DNA of 64,000 bases from Alphaproteobacteria bacterium (GCA_964291675.2 OZ219866.1:2368001-2432000), one strand, 5' to 3'; numbered from the stretch's first letter, positions 1-9,554 are shown. The notes: generated by a model from the letters alone, not told the origin. Numbers and translations are program-made.

Positions 1-528
1 CGTTTCGATCCCTTCGCGCTGGCCCATCTGCTGCAGAGCGCCAACCTCGCGCAGAAGAACGGCCTGCCGGACAAGATGGTGCTCGCCTGCCTGCTGCACG
101 ACATCGCGGTGGCCGGGTTCATCCGCACCGACCACGGCTACTGGGGCGCGCAGATGGTCGAGCCCTATGTGGACGAGGAGGTGAGCTGGGCGATCCGCGC
201 CCACCAGGCGCTCAGGTTCTTCGCCGACGAGTCGGTCGGCTACGACTACCCGGAGAACTACCGCAGGATGTTCGGCGACGACTACCGGCCCGAACCCTAT
301 GTCGTGGCCGCCTACGAGGAGGCCAGGCAGCACAGATGGTACATGTCGGCCCGGATCATCTGCGTGAACGATCTCTACTCCTTCGATCCCGACGTCCATG
401 TCGAGATCGACCAGTTCGAGGACGTCATCGGCCGCGAGTTCCGCCAGCCCGAAGAGGGGCTCGGCAACGACAACACCAGCGCCTCGCATCTGTGGCGCAC
501 GATACGCTGGCCCGCCAACGCGCTGTAG
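1..528 (+). CDS. HD-domain metalloprotein (PhnZ/TmpB-like diiron HD family), 5'-truncated by window edge
   Basis: Frame 1 is open from base 1 (RFDPFALAHLLQSA...). Motifs HLLQSA, ACLLHDI, DHG, IRAHQ and NDLY fit the His/Asp pattern of PhnZ-like HD proteins. Confidence 0.75.
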   Translation, partial: RFDPFALAHLLQSANLAQKNGLPDKMVLACLLHDIAVAGFIRTDHGYWGAQMVEPYVDEEVSWAIRAHQALRFFADESVGYDYPENYRRMFGDDYRPEPYVVAAYEEARQHRWYMSARIICVNDLYSFDPDVHVEIDQFEDVIGREFRQPEEGLGNDNTSASHLWRTIRWPANAL

Positions 529-538
529 CTTCCGCAAC

Positions 539-649
539 CGTCCTTCGATACGCCCGCCTGCGGCGGGCTACTCAGGATGAGGGAATTTTCTTGAGGCCCA
601 ACAACCCCGCCTCATCCTGAGTAGCGGCGAAGCCGCGTATCGAAGGACG
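539..649. repeat. REP doublet (REPIN-like inverted pair), copy 1
   Basis: CGTCCTTCGATACG-hairpin-CTACTCAGGATGAGG, 27-nt spacer, CCTCATCCTGAGTAG-hairpin-CGTATCGAAGGACG. Lies between convergent genes. Three more copies in the window. Confidence 0.9.
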
Positions 650-691
650 CGCCCCGGCCGCGTCGGCGGTTCCACCTGAAACGGACAGGCT

Positions 692-1606
692 CTATTGCGA
701 GGGCGCCTGGCCCAGGCAATCGGGCAGGACCTCTTCCAGCGGGGTCGGTTCGATACCGAGATCGCTCAATCCCGGCGCCCCTTCGCCGACGACATTGTCG
801 CGCTTCATCAGCGTCACCTGATCGCGGGTCAGCGGCGGGTCGGGGTGCAGGGCCATCGCGGCGGCCAGCATGTCCCAGACGAGGAACGGGACCGGGATCG
901 TGGCCGGCCGCCTGCCGATGCGCTGGAGCACCAGGCCTGCCAGCTCCCTGTAGGCGTAGACCCGCGGCCCGCCGATTTCGTAGACGCGCCCTTCGGTGCG
1001 GGGCTCGGCCAGCACATTCACGCAGGCTTCGGCCACGTCTCCGACGAATACGGGTTGCAGTCTCGTGCCGCCTGTTCCGAAGAGCGGCAGGACCGGGCTT
1101 TGCCGCGCGATGCCGGCGAGTTTGTTGAGCAAGGAATCGTCCGGCCCGAATATCACGCTCGGACGCAGGATCGTGACGCCGGCGAAGGCGTCCCTGACGA
1201 GGCGCTCGCCGACCCCCCGGGCGCGGACATACCGGGAGTCCGACGCGGGATCGGCGCCCAGACCCGAGACATGGACCAGCCGCCCGACACCGGCCCGGCT
1301 CGCCTGCCGGGCGACATGCAGGGCGCCCTGTCCGTGGATCGCGTGGAATGTCGCGCCGCGCCGCTCGACATAGTGGCCGACGGCGTTGACGACCGAAGCC
1401 GAACCCTGCACCGCCCGCGCGACCCCGGACTCCTCGGATATGTCGGCGCGCAAGGCCTCGACCCGGCCGTTCCCGGGCCGGAACGAGGCGCGCTCGGGGT
1501 GGCGCACGGCGACCCGCACCTCCACCCCCGCCTCGGACAGGCGCGCCACGATCCGGCGGCCGAGGAACCCCGACCCGCCGAATACCGTTACCGGTCCCGG
1601 CGTCAT
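692..1606 (-). CDS. Complex I NDUFA9-like atypical SDR / NAD-dependent epimerase family
   Basis: VTVFGGSGFLGRRIV Rossmann motif, LRPSVIFGPDD, LQPVFVGDVA, YEIGGP. Confidence 0.88.
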   Translation of the reverse strand: MTPGPVTVFGGSGFLGRRIVARLSEAGVEVRVAVRHPERASFRPGNGRVEALRADISEESGVARAVQGSASVVNAVGHYVERRGATFHAIHGQGALHVARQASRAGVGRLVHVSGLGADPASDSRYVRARGVGERLVRDAFAGVTILRPSVIFGPDDSLLNKLAGIARQSPVLPLFGTGGTRLQPVFVGDVAEACVNVLAEPRTEGRVYEIGGPRVYAYRELAGLVLQRIGRRPATIPVPFLVWDMLAAAMALHPDPPLTRDQVTLMKRDNVVGEGAPGLSDLGIEPTPLEEVLPDCLGQAPSQ

Positions 1607-1633
1607 CGGCCCGACGGCGGTGAGAAATGCGGG

Positions 1634-1996
1634 CTACGCGTCGGCCGGCACCCAGGGGGGCAGGGGGGCTCCGCCGCAATAGTGGTTCTCCCCCGGGTTC
1701 TCGCGGAACACGACATAGATGTCGGCGGGCCGGACGCCCATCGCGTCGTCGAGGACTTCGGCGATGGCGTCGGCCAGCGCCTGCTTGCGCGCGGGCTCGC
1801 GGCCCGGCCTGAGGTCGATCTCGACCAGCGGCACCCCGTCGCCGATCTCCGCGACCACCTCGCGCACGGCGACATAGTCGTACTTGGTCTCCTTGGGCGC
1901 GAGCGTCCTCAGCACCGCCGCCTTGACTTCGCTGCGGATGGTCTTCTGCGTCTCGACCGGCGTGCCGGTGGGGACTTCGACGCGGATCACGGGCAT
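1634..1996 (-). CDS. Tautomerase superfamily protein (fused beta-alpha-beta, Pro-1)
   Basis: C-terminal 120 aa of track ORF 1634..2629. Starts MPVIRVEV after an AAGGAG RBS; second repeat PLVEIDLRPGR..RKQALADAI..IYVVFRE. Confidence 0.8.
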   Translation of the reverse strand: MPVIRVEVPTGTPVETQKTIRSEVKAAVLRTLAPKETKYDYVAVREVVAEIGDGVPLVEIDLRPGREPARKQALADAIAEVLDDAMGVRPADIYVVFRENPGENHYCGGAPLPPWVPADA

Positions 1997-2025
1997 CGGC
2001 GGGATCTCCTTGAGTGCCGGGCGGT

Positions 2026-3027
2026 TCAGGACAGGGCGTCCTCGGCGAGCCGGCTCGCGAGCACCTTCTCGTAGCGGTAGTCGCCATAGGTCACCGGCTC
2101 GTATCGGATCGGGTTGCCGGGGCCGTGGCAGGTCTCGATGCAGCTTATCTCGACGTCGTGGCCGGGCTGGTGGAAGAAGGCGATGGAGAGCCGTTCGGCG
2201 TCGTCCTCGCTGCGCGGCGGGTTGACCACCCGGTGCAGGGTCGACACCCAGCGGTCGTTGGTCCAGCGCGCCATCATGTCGCCGATATTGACCACGAAGG
2301 CGCCTTGCGGCGGGCGCACGTCGATCCATTCGCCGTCGGGGGAGAGGGCCTGCAGCCCGCCCGGCCGGTCCTCGCCGTAGAGGACGGTCAGCGTGCCGTA
2401 ATCGGTATGGGCGCCGGCGCGAAGCTGGCCCGGCAGCGGCGCCTCTTTCTGGGCCATGTATTTGTTGAAGCGGATATGGCTGATCGAGCGCGCGATCTTG
2501 TCGTCGAACCAGCGCTCGTCGATGCCGAGCGCGATCGCGAAGATCCGCATCAGCTCGTCGCCGATGCCGTCGAGCGCCCGGTAATACGCCTCGAAGACCG
2601 GCCGCATCCGGGCCGGGCGCTCCGGCCACAGGTTGGGCGCGAAGAAGTCCAGCCCGTGGCCCCCGGTGTAGTAGGGATCGTCCGGCAGGTCGAAATCGCC
2701 CATGCCGAACACCTCCTGCAAGTCGGGCGGGGACTCGTTGCCGTGCGTGGCGGCGAGCTTCTGGTTCGCCGGCGGGTCGTAGCCCCTGGTCGCGGCGATG
2801 CGCGGTCTCGGGATCCGCATCTTCTCTTCCAGCGGCAGGGCGAAGAACTCGTAGGCGAGGTCGCGCGTCTCGCGCACCAGCGCGTCCGGGACGCCGTGGC
2901 CCACGACGGTGAAGAAGCCGATGGTCTCCAGCGCCTCGCCCACGCGCCCGGCGACAAGCCGCTTGCCCGCCGGATCGCCGGCGAGAACCGGCGCGATGTC
3001 GATCTCGGGAATGCGGTCCGATGCCAT
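2026..3027 (-). CDS. Isopenicillin N synthase-family Fe(II)/2-oxoglutarate oxygenase
   Basis: IPEIDIAP, GFFTVVGHGV, HTDYGTLT (HxD), STLHRV, RLSIAFF. Start placed at MASDR. Confidence 0.9.
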   Translation of the reverse strand: MASDRIPEIDIAPVLAGDPAGKRLVAGRVGEALETIGFFTVVGHGVPDALVRETRDLAYEFFALPLEEKMRIPRPRIAATRGYDPPANQKLAATHGNESPPDLQEVFGMGDFDLPDDPYYTGGHGLDFFAPNLWPERPARMRPVFEAYYRALDGIGDELMRIFAIALGIDERWFDDKIARSISHIRFNKYMAQKEAPLPGQLRAGAHTDYGTLTVLYGEDRPGGLQALSPDGEWIDVRPPQGAFVVNIGDMMARWTNDRWVSTLHRVVNPPRSEDDAERLSIAFFHQPGHDVEISCIETCHGPGNPIRYEPVTYGDYRYEKVLASRLAEDALS

Positions 3028-3267
3028 CCGAAGTCCTCTCCGCCCCGATCGAACCACGTTCGCCCGCGTCGGTTCAAGCCTAGCCCGCACTTCCCGCCAG
3101 GGTCACGGTCTGCGTCGCGCGCAGGCGTTCGATCCGCCAGGAGCGGGCCGAAAAGCGTAGCCGTGCCTACGGTCGAGGCCCGCGATGCGCAGACCATGAC
3201 CCTGGCGGGAAGTGCGGGCTAGCGCTTTGGCGTATCATCGGCGCGTCCGGTCCGATGGAGAGCCCGA

Positions 3268-4968
3268 ATGGCGATGCAGCCCCTCATCCATGCCACCCGC
3301 CACATGGTGAGCTCCGGCCACCATCTGGCGACCCAGGCGGGCTACGACGTGCTCGAAGCCGGCGGCAACGCCGTCGACGCGGGCGTCGCCGCCGGGATCG
3401 CGCTCGGCGTGGTGTACCCCGATCTGGTGCAGTTCGCGGGCGTCGCCCCGATCATGATCTACCTGGCCGAAGAGGACCGGGTCGTCACCGTCAGCGGGCT
3501 CGGCTGGTGGCCGCGCGCGGCCTCGCTCGAGCGCTTCGTCTCCGAGTTCGGCGGGCGCATCCCGGACGGCATCCTGCGCACCGTCGTCCCGGCCGCGCCC
3601 GATGCCTGGATCGCCGCGCTCGGGCGCTACGGCACGATGCAATTCTCCGAGGTGGCCGCCGCCGCGCTGCGCTATGCGGGCGAGGGGTTCTCGGTCCATC
3701 CTCCGCTCCGCAACAACCTCGCCGCCCATGCCGGGGAATACCGCCGCTGGCCGCAGAACCTCGAGATCTACCTGCCCGGCGGAGAGCCGCCCGCCCTCGG
3801 CGAGCGCTTCGTGCAGGCCGACCTCGCGGGCTCCATCCGCTACATGATGGACCAGGAGGCGGCGGCGCGCGGCGGCCGCGACGCCGGCCTCGCCGCCGCG
3901 CGCGATGCCTTCTACCGCGGCGACCTCGCCCGCGAGATGGCGCGCTACCACGCGGAGGTCGGCGGCTGGCTCACCATGGAGGACCTCGCCGGGTACCGCA
4001 GCGCGTTCGAGGACCCGGTGGTCGCCAGGCTCGGCGAGATCGAGCTTTTCACCTGCGGCGCCTGGTGCCAGGGGCCGGTCCTCGCCCAGATGGCGAGCCT
4101 GCTCGACGGACTCGACATCGCGGCGCTGGGCCACAACAGCCTGCCCTACGTGCACACCGTGACCGAGGCGATGAAGCTCTGCTTCGCCGACCGCGAACGC
4201 CATTACGGCGATCCGCGGTTCGTCGACGTTCCCCTCGCCCGTCTGCTGTCGCCCGGCTACAACCGGGAGCGCCGCGCCCTCATCCGCCCGGACGAGGCAT
4301 GGCCCGACATGCCGCCGGCGGGCGGAGAGGACGCCGTGGAAGCCGCCGGGGCGGAGGCCGGGACGTCGCCGGTGCCGGCATCCCCCGACACCTCCTATTG
4401 CTGCGCCGTCGACCGCGACGGCAATTGCTTCTCCGCCACGCCGAGCGACGTGTCGTTTCAATCGCCGGTCGTCCCCGGCACCGGGCTGTGTCCGTCGTCG
4501 CGCGGCTCGCAGTCCTGGGCGGTGCCCGGCCACGCGTCCTCGGTGGCGCCGGGCAAGCGCCCGCGGCTCACCCCCAACCCCGCCTTCGCGAGAATCCCCG
4601 GCCGCCTGGCGATGCCCTTCGGCACCCCGGGCGGCGACGTGCAGACCCAGGCGATGCTCCAGGTCCTGCTCAACGTCACGAGCTTCGGCATGACCGTCCA
4701 GGACGCGATCGAGGCGCCCCGCTTCGCGACCCACAGCTTCCCCAACTCGTTCGAGCCGCACGACGCGTTCCCCGGCCGGCTGGTCGTCGAGGATGGGATT
4801 CCCCGGCCCGTCGCCCGGGAGCTCGCCGCGTTGGGCCACGATGTCGAGCGGGTGGAAGATCGCTCGATCGGGATGGGCGCGGTCTGCGCGATCGGGCAGG
4901 ACCTCGGGACCGGGATCATGGAAGGCGGCGCCGATCCGAGGCGCATGAGCCGCGCGATGGGCCGTTGA
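3268..4968 (+). CDS. Gamma-glutamyltransferase family (Ntn-hydrolase) protein
   Basis: GGNAVDAGVAA, nucleophile Thr in PDTSY, PGKRPRLT, FGTPGGDVQTQ, GGADPRR. Confidence 0.9.
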   Translation: MAMQPLIHATRHMVSSGHHLATQAGYDVLEAGGNAVDAGVAAGIALGVVYPDLVQFAGVAPIMIYLAEEDRVVTVSGLGWWPRAASLERFVSEFGGRIPDGILRTVVPAAPDAWIAALGRYGTMQFSEVAAAALRYAGEGFSVHPPLRNNLAAHAGEYRRWPQNLEIYLPGGEPPALGERFVQADLAGSIRYMMDQEAAARGGRDAGLAAARDAFYRGDLAREMARYHAEVGGWLTMEDLAGYRSAFEDPVVARLGEIELFTCGAWCQGPVLAQMASLLDGLDIAALGHNSLPYVHTVTEAMKLCFADRERHYGDPRFVDVPLARLLSPGYNRERRALIRPDEAWPDMPPAGGEDAVEAAGAEAGTSPVPASPDTSYCCAVDRDGNCFSATPSDVSFQSPVVPGTGLCPSSRGSQSWAVPGHASSVAPGKRPRLTPNPAFARIPGRLAMPFGTPGGDVQTQAMLQVLLNVTSFGMTVQDAIEAPRFATHSFPNSFEPHDAFPGRLVVEDGIPRPVARELAALGHDVERVEDRSIGMGAVCAIGQDLGTGIMEGGADPRRMSRAMGR

Positions 4969-5046
4969 CCGCCGCCTGCCGCGCGCCCCCGGCAACAGGC
5001 CGGGCCAAGCTGTAGCGTCGAGGATCGATCGTAGAATCGCGTCGGT

Positions 5047-6078
5047 TCAGCCGGGCTTACGGGCCAGGAAACAGTAGAGCGGCGTGAATATGCCCATCTT
5101 GCCGCTCGCGACATAGGCTTGGGCCGTTCGCTCCATCAATTGGACAACGGCCGCGGAGCCCCTTGGAAATAGCCGGATCAGCTCCGCCATCCGCAGACCC
5201 GCGACCAACGCCTTGCGGCCCACGGGCGTTCTGCGAAATGCATTGCGCAATGTCCCGCTCCGGCTCTCCATGGGCCGATACCAGGGTATGCCCTGGCCTT
5301 CCCTGTTGTCCATATCCCGAGCCGCGATAACGTCGAATCCCGCGGCCTCAAGCGCGCAGTTCACCTCCGAGAACGTGGCGATGTCCTTCAGGGCAATTCC
5401 CAGCTTCAATTCTTCCTTGACGGTCCGGTGAAGGCGATCGCCGGGGTCGAACCTGTCCGTCACGCACATCTCCTGACCCCAGAACAGGGCCCCTGGTTTC
5501 AGCACACGATGGATTTCCGCAAATGCGCGCCTCTTGTCGGCTGCGTGGCAGGTCGACTCGATCGCATAACCCGCATCGAAAGAGCTCGGCTCAATCGCAC
5601 TCATATCCGAAAAGTCGCACTCGATGTACTCCGCCATGTCGTCGAGCCCCGTCTCGACGTTGATTCGCCTGGCCTTTTCCAGCTGCTGTGCGTTGTTGTT
5701 GATGCAGACAACCCTGGCGCCGCTTTCGCGGGCGACCCGCCGCATCGGACCGCCCACTCCGCAGCCAACGTCGACAATCACCATGCCTTCTCGCAATTCC
5801 AGCCGTTCGATCATCAGGCGTTGATGGCGGGCGATGGATTCCTCCAGCGATTCCTCGCGTGTCAACGGCGCGAAGTGCAGCGACTCGCCCCACCCGAATT
5901 GCATGAATTCGCTACACAAATCATAATATTCGTTCACCGTCTCGGCGACGTAACAGTCGATATCATCGGCATCGACCTGTCCCATTCCGTCAAACCGGCC
6001 TTCAAAATGTGCAACGCGACTCCCCACGTCCCAGCCTCGATAAACGCTCCACAGGGATTTGGAAAGACGCGTCGACAT
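5047..6078 (-). CDS. smt: Sterol C24-methyltransferase (SMT/ERG6-like), SAM-dependent
   Basis: All four SMT regions present: VNEYYD..FMQFGWGESLHFAP (I), VDVGCGVGGPMR (II), YAIESTCHA (III), KPGALFWGQEM (IV), plus the SMT-type C-terminus GIFTPLYCFLARKP. Visibly lower GC than the flanks. Confidence 0.85.
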   Translation of the reverse strand: MSTRLSKSLWSVYRGWDVGSRVAHFEGRFDGMGQVDADDIDCYVAETVNEYYDLCSEFMQFGWGESLHFAPLTREESLEESIARHQRLMIERLELREGMVIVDVGCGVGGPMRRVARESGARVVCINNNAQQLEKARRINVETGLDDMAEYIECDFSDMSAIEPSSFDAGYAIESTCHAADKRRAFAEIHRVLKPGALFWGQEMCVTDRFDPGDRLHRTVKEELKLGIALKDIATFSEVNCALEAAGFDVIAARDMDNREGQGIPWYRPMESRSGTLRNAFRRTPVGRKALVAGLRMAELIRLFPRGSAAVVQLMERTAQAYVASGKMGIFTPLYCFLARKPG

Positions 6079-6247
6079 CTGCCAAATGTCCTATCCTGAC
6101 TATTGATCATATCGCAGTCTGTCCGTATCGACTATCGCCACCTTCAGGCGGGGTCCTTTCCTCCTCGTCCCGTCAACGGCCGTTGCGGCACGGCCGCGCC
6201 TATGCCGTGCGGAGCGCCGATCGATCCCCGAGCGAACGGTATCGGGG

Positions 6248-7282
6248 TTATCCGGCGAGCGCCGGGCGGATGCGGTCGGCGATCAGGTCGATCGCCGCCA
6301 TGCGGTCGGGGCCGAGCACCTGGTAGAGCACCGGGGTCCTGAGCCCGGCGGCGGCGTAGGGCTTGAGCCCTTCGATGCACTCCTCCGGGGTGCCGGCGAC
6401 CGCGAGCGCGGCGACCACGTCGTCGTCGAGCGCATCGACCGCCCGTTCGTACCGGTCTTCGGCATACGCCGCCCTGAGCCCCGCCTGGAGGATCTGCATG
6501 CGAGCGACATCGAGGCCGGCGAACTCGAAGCGGATCGTGTCCGGGATGCGCATCAGGTAATGGGCGATCAGCCGCCTCGCGGCATCGCGCGCCGCATCGC
6601 CGTCCTCGTCGACCGAGAAGACGATGTATGAGGCGATGTCGATGTCCTCGATCGTGCGGCCGGTGCCGGCGAGCGCCGCGCGCACATGTCCCAGGCAGTG
6701 TTCGGCGAAGGCCGGGCTGGTGAAAACGCTGAAGAACACCCCGTCCGCCAGCGGGGCGGCCATCTTCAGCGTGCGCGGCCCCATGGTGCCGAAATAGAGC
6801 GGCACGTCCGCCCTCACCGGTGCGAAGGTGAGCCGCGCGCCCGGCGCGGGCAGGCGGTAGAGCGCGCCCTCGAAGGCCACGCGGTCGCCGCGCAGCATGC
6901 CCCGGCAGATCGCCGCCGCTTCCCTGAGCGCGGCAATCGGGCGCGGGTTCTCCAGACCGTGCGCCGCGATCGACGACCAGCCGGCGCCCAGCCCGAGGAC
7001 GAGGCGCGGGCCGGCGAGCTCCTCCAGATCGGCCACCGCCATCGCGATCTGCGCCGGGTGGCGCGTGTACGGGTTGACGATGCCGAGGCCGATCTCGATC
7101 GCCTCGGTCGCCGTGGCGATCGCGGTGGCCTGGACGAAGATGTCGCGGCTGTGGTGGTCCTCGGCAAGCCACAGCCTGCGAAACCCGCGCGCCTCGGCCC
7201 GCAGCGCCGCCGCGCGGTTGTCGGCGGTGGACGAGATGCTGTAGAGGCCGATCTCCAGCGCCTTGAACCGTGTCCCGGTCAT
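6248..7282 (-). CDS. LLM-class (luciferase-like/Mer-like) flavin- or F420-dependent oxidoreductase
   Basis: LWLAEDHHSRD, GIVNPYTRHP, LGLGAG, GTMGPRTL, AVAGTPEEC. Start placed at MTGTRF. Confidence 0.87.
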   Translation of the reverse strand: MTGTRFKALEIGLYSISSTADNRAAALRAEARGFRRLWLAEDHHSRDIFVQATAIATATEAIEIGLGIVNPYTRHPAQIAMAVADLEELAGPRLVLGLGAGWSSIAAHGLENPRPIAALREAAAICRGMLRGDRVAFEGALYRLPAPGARLTFAPVRADVPLYFGTMGPRTLKMAAPLADGVFFSVFTSPAFAEHCLGHVRAALAGTGRTIEDIDIASYIVFSVDEDGDAARDAARRLIAHYLMRIPDTIRFEFAGLDVARMQILQAGLRAAYAEDRYERAVDALDDDVVAALAVAGTPEECIEGLKPYAAAGLRTPVLYQVLGPDRMAAIDLIADRIRPALAG

Positions 7283-7302
7283 GCCGATCCTCCCCCGCGC
7301 CG

Positions 7303-8097
7303 TCACCTGGCGGCGAGCGCCCTCTCCACCTCCGGCCAGGCGCTCTCGTTGCGATCGCGCAGGAGGTCGTCGTAGCCGACGGGCGGGAACGCGGTGAAGG
7401 CGGCGTCGTAGGACGGCCGCGCGCGCAGCGCGTCGTACCAGGCCGCGACGCGCGGCAAGCCGTCCCACATCGGCGCGAGGCCGAGCCGGTCGAGGCGTTC
7501 CACATAGGGCGCGATGCAGGCATCGGCGAGCGAGAATTCTTCGCCCGCGAGCCACGCCCCCCGCGCCAGCGCGGCCTCCATGTCGTCCAGCATTCCGACG
7601 AACGCGATCACCGCGTCCCGGACGAAGTCCACGTCGAAGCCCCGCTCCATGATCTGGCGCTGGCGGGCGGCGCGGCGCGGGTCCGGCATGCCGTTCAGGC
7701 GGCGCTCCAGCGCGTCCTCGTCGAACCCGGCCTTGAGCTGGCGCGCGAAGGCGCTGGCGAAGGACACCGACGCGCAGTGCACGTGGATGCCGTCGTCCGG
7801 CACCCGCGCCCAGAGCCGCATCAGGGACCGCGCATACGGATCCTCCGGCCTGAGCGGCGGGTCGGGATAGGCATCGTCGAGGTATTCGCAGATCACCGTC
7901 GACTCGGTCACGATCCTGCCGCCGTCCACCAGCGCCGGCACCACGCCCTTGGGGTTGACGGCGAGATAGGCCGTCCCGGTCTGCTCGCCCGCCACCAGGT
8001 CGACGTGATGGCCGACCCAGTCGAGCCCCTTTTCCGCCAGCACGAGGCGGACCTTCTGGGCGCAGACCGAGATGTTGTGGTGATAGAGCTCAAGCAT
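7303..8097 (-). CDS. Glutathione S-transferase family protein (GDAP1/PcpC-like N-terminus)
   Basis: MLELYHHNISVCAQKVRLVLAEKG, NPKGVVPAL, TESTVICEYLDD, FSLADAC. Overlaps the stop of the upstream gene. Confidence 0.88.
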   Translation of the reverse strand: MLELYHHNISVCAQKVRLVLAEKGLDWVGHHVDLVAGEQTGTAYLAVNPKGVVPALVDGGRIVTESTVICEYLDDAYPDPPLRPEDPYARSLMRLWARVPDDGIHVHCASVSFASAFARQLKAGFDEDALERRLNGMPDPRRAARQRQIMERGFDVDFVRDAVIAFVGMLDDMEAALARGAWLAGEEFSLADACIAPYVERLDRLGLAPMWDGLPRVAAWYDALRARPSYDAAFTAFPPVGYDDLLRDRNESAWPEVERALAAR

Positions 8098-9049
8098 GAA
8101 TTTTGCTCCCCGCCGCCAGATCGAGCTGGTCGGCGGCGTTGTAGTTGGCGTCGTACCACCAGGCGAGGTGGTCGCCATAGACCACCGGCGGCCAGCGCGG
8201 CGGGTTGCCGGGACCCGCGCAGCTCGGCACGCAGCGGATCTCGGCATCGAGATCGGGGCCGAAGAAATAGGGGATCGCGTAGCGCCGCCGCCCGGCCGGC
8301 GGCAGCGCGCGATGCGGGGTCGATTTGTAGCGCCCGTTGGTCCAGCGGTGCAGCATGTCGCCGGTGTTCACGACATAGGAGTCCGCGACCAAGGGAACAT
8401 CCTCCCAGCCGCCCGCTTCGCGCCGGATCTGGAGTCCGGGCACGTCGGACTGCGCGAGGAAGGTCAGGAAATTGACGTCGGTATGGGGCGCGATGCCGTA
8501 GCGCCCCTCCTCGCGCGCCGCCGGCGGGTAGTGCGAGAGCCGGAAGGAGAACTGGCTCTGCGTGAAATGGGACGCGAACCAGTTTTCGGGCAGGCCGAGG
8601 GAGAGGGCGAGCGCCGGCAGCAGGCTCAGCGCCAGCCGATCCACCGCCCCGCAATACTCCAGCAGGGCCTCCCGGAACCCGGGCAAATCCGCCGGCCAGC
8701 GGTTGGGTCCGCCGAAGCGCCGGGCGGCCAGCGGATCGTCCGGGTCGCGCTCCCGCTTGATGAAGAACGCCTCGTTCATGTCCGGCAGCGCGGCTTCGCT
8801 GGCCCGCGAGGTGCGCACGTTGTAGCGCGCCATCGCCATGTAGCCGTTGTTGTGCTCGTTCATCAACAGGGCGCGCTTGGCCTCCATGGGCTGGGCGTGG
8901 AACCTCTCGGCTTCCGCGAACGCCCTGCGGATGAGCTCCTGCTTCACGCCGTGGTTTACGACGATGAAGAAGCCCACATTCTCCAGCGTCGCCGCGAGCG
9001 CGCCCGCCACCTCGGCCCGGCTGCGCGACAGGTCGATCAACGGAATCAT
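8090..9049 (-). CDS. Isopenicillin N synthase-family Fe(II)/2-oxoglutarate oxygenase
   Basis: MIPLIDLS after a GAGGAG RBS, GFFIVVNHGV, PHTDVNFLT, STPHRA, RYAIPYFFGP. Confidence 0.9.
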   Translation of the reverse strand: MIPLIDLSRSRAEVAGALAATLENVGFFIVVNHGVKQELIRRAFAEAERFHAQPMEAKRALLMNEHNNGYMAMARYNVRTSRASEAALPDMNEAFFIKRERDPDDPLAARRFGGPNRWPADLPGFREALLEYCGAVDRLALSLLPALALSLGLPENWFASHFTQSQFSFRLSHYPPAAREEGRYGIAPHTDVNFLTFLAQSDVPGLQIRREAGGWEDVPLVADSYVVNTGDMLHRWTNGRYKSTPHRALPPAGRRRYAIPYFFGPDLDAEIRCVPSCAGPGNPPRWPPVVYGDHLAWWYDANYNAADQLDLAAGSKIHA

Positions 9050-9070
9050 CGTCTCGTCTCCTCGTTCCGC

Positions 9071-9180
9071 CGTCCTTCGATACGCCCCCTTCGGGGGCAA
9101 CTCAGGATGAGGAGAGATCGGTATGGCCCAATAAGGCGCTCCTCGTCCCGAGTAGCGGCGAAGCTGCGGATCGAAGGACG
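9071..9180. repeat. REP doublet (REPIN-like), copy 2
   Basis: Same arms as copy 1 with a few mismatches and a 28-nt spacer. Sits inside a co-directional minus-strand gene run. Confidence 0.88.
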
Positions 9181-9216
9181 GCGCGCCGCGTCGGTTCCAT
9201 CCGGGACGCGCATGCT

Positions 9217-9525
9217 CTAGCCCGTACCCTCCGGCGAATCGGCCGGCATGTTGAAGGTCCAGCGCCAGGGCCGGATCAGCGTGGTGTCGAACAGCCCCGC
9301 CCTGAAATAGGGGTCGCCGCGGGTGAACGCGAGCACCTCGTCATGGGACTCCGCCTCGATCACGAACATGTTGCCGGTCGACATGGACCCGTCCTCCGTG
9401 ACGGTCGGGCCGGCGAACTTGATGCGGTCGCGGAACTGCTCGATGTAGTCGTGCTGCGCCGGCCGGTTGGCCAGCCGCAAATCGTTGCGCCCCGGCTTGT
9501 CGATGTTGACGATCAGAAACAGCAT
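9217..9525 (-). CDS. YciI family protein
   Basis: MLFLIVNIDKPG..LRLANRP, FAGPTV, GNMFVIEAES, DPYFRAGLF. Confidence 0.85.
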   Translation of the reverse strand: MLFLIVNIDKPGRNDLRLANRPAQHDYIEQFRDRIKFAGPTVTEDGSMSTGNMFVIEAESHDEVLAFTRGDPYFRAGLFDTTLIRPWRWTFNMPADSPEGTG

Positions 9526-9554
9526 CGCTGGGATCTCCCGTCGCTTGCGGGGCG

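Noticed and set aside
5022-6227. 10-bp inverted match GGATCGATCG / CGATCGATCC flanking the SMT gene as mobile-element ends
   Set aside because: Too short, and CGATCG words are very common in this sequence. No transposase or target duplication.
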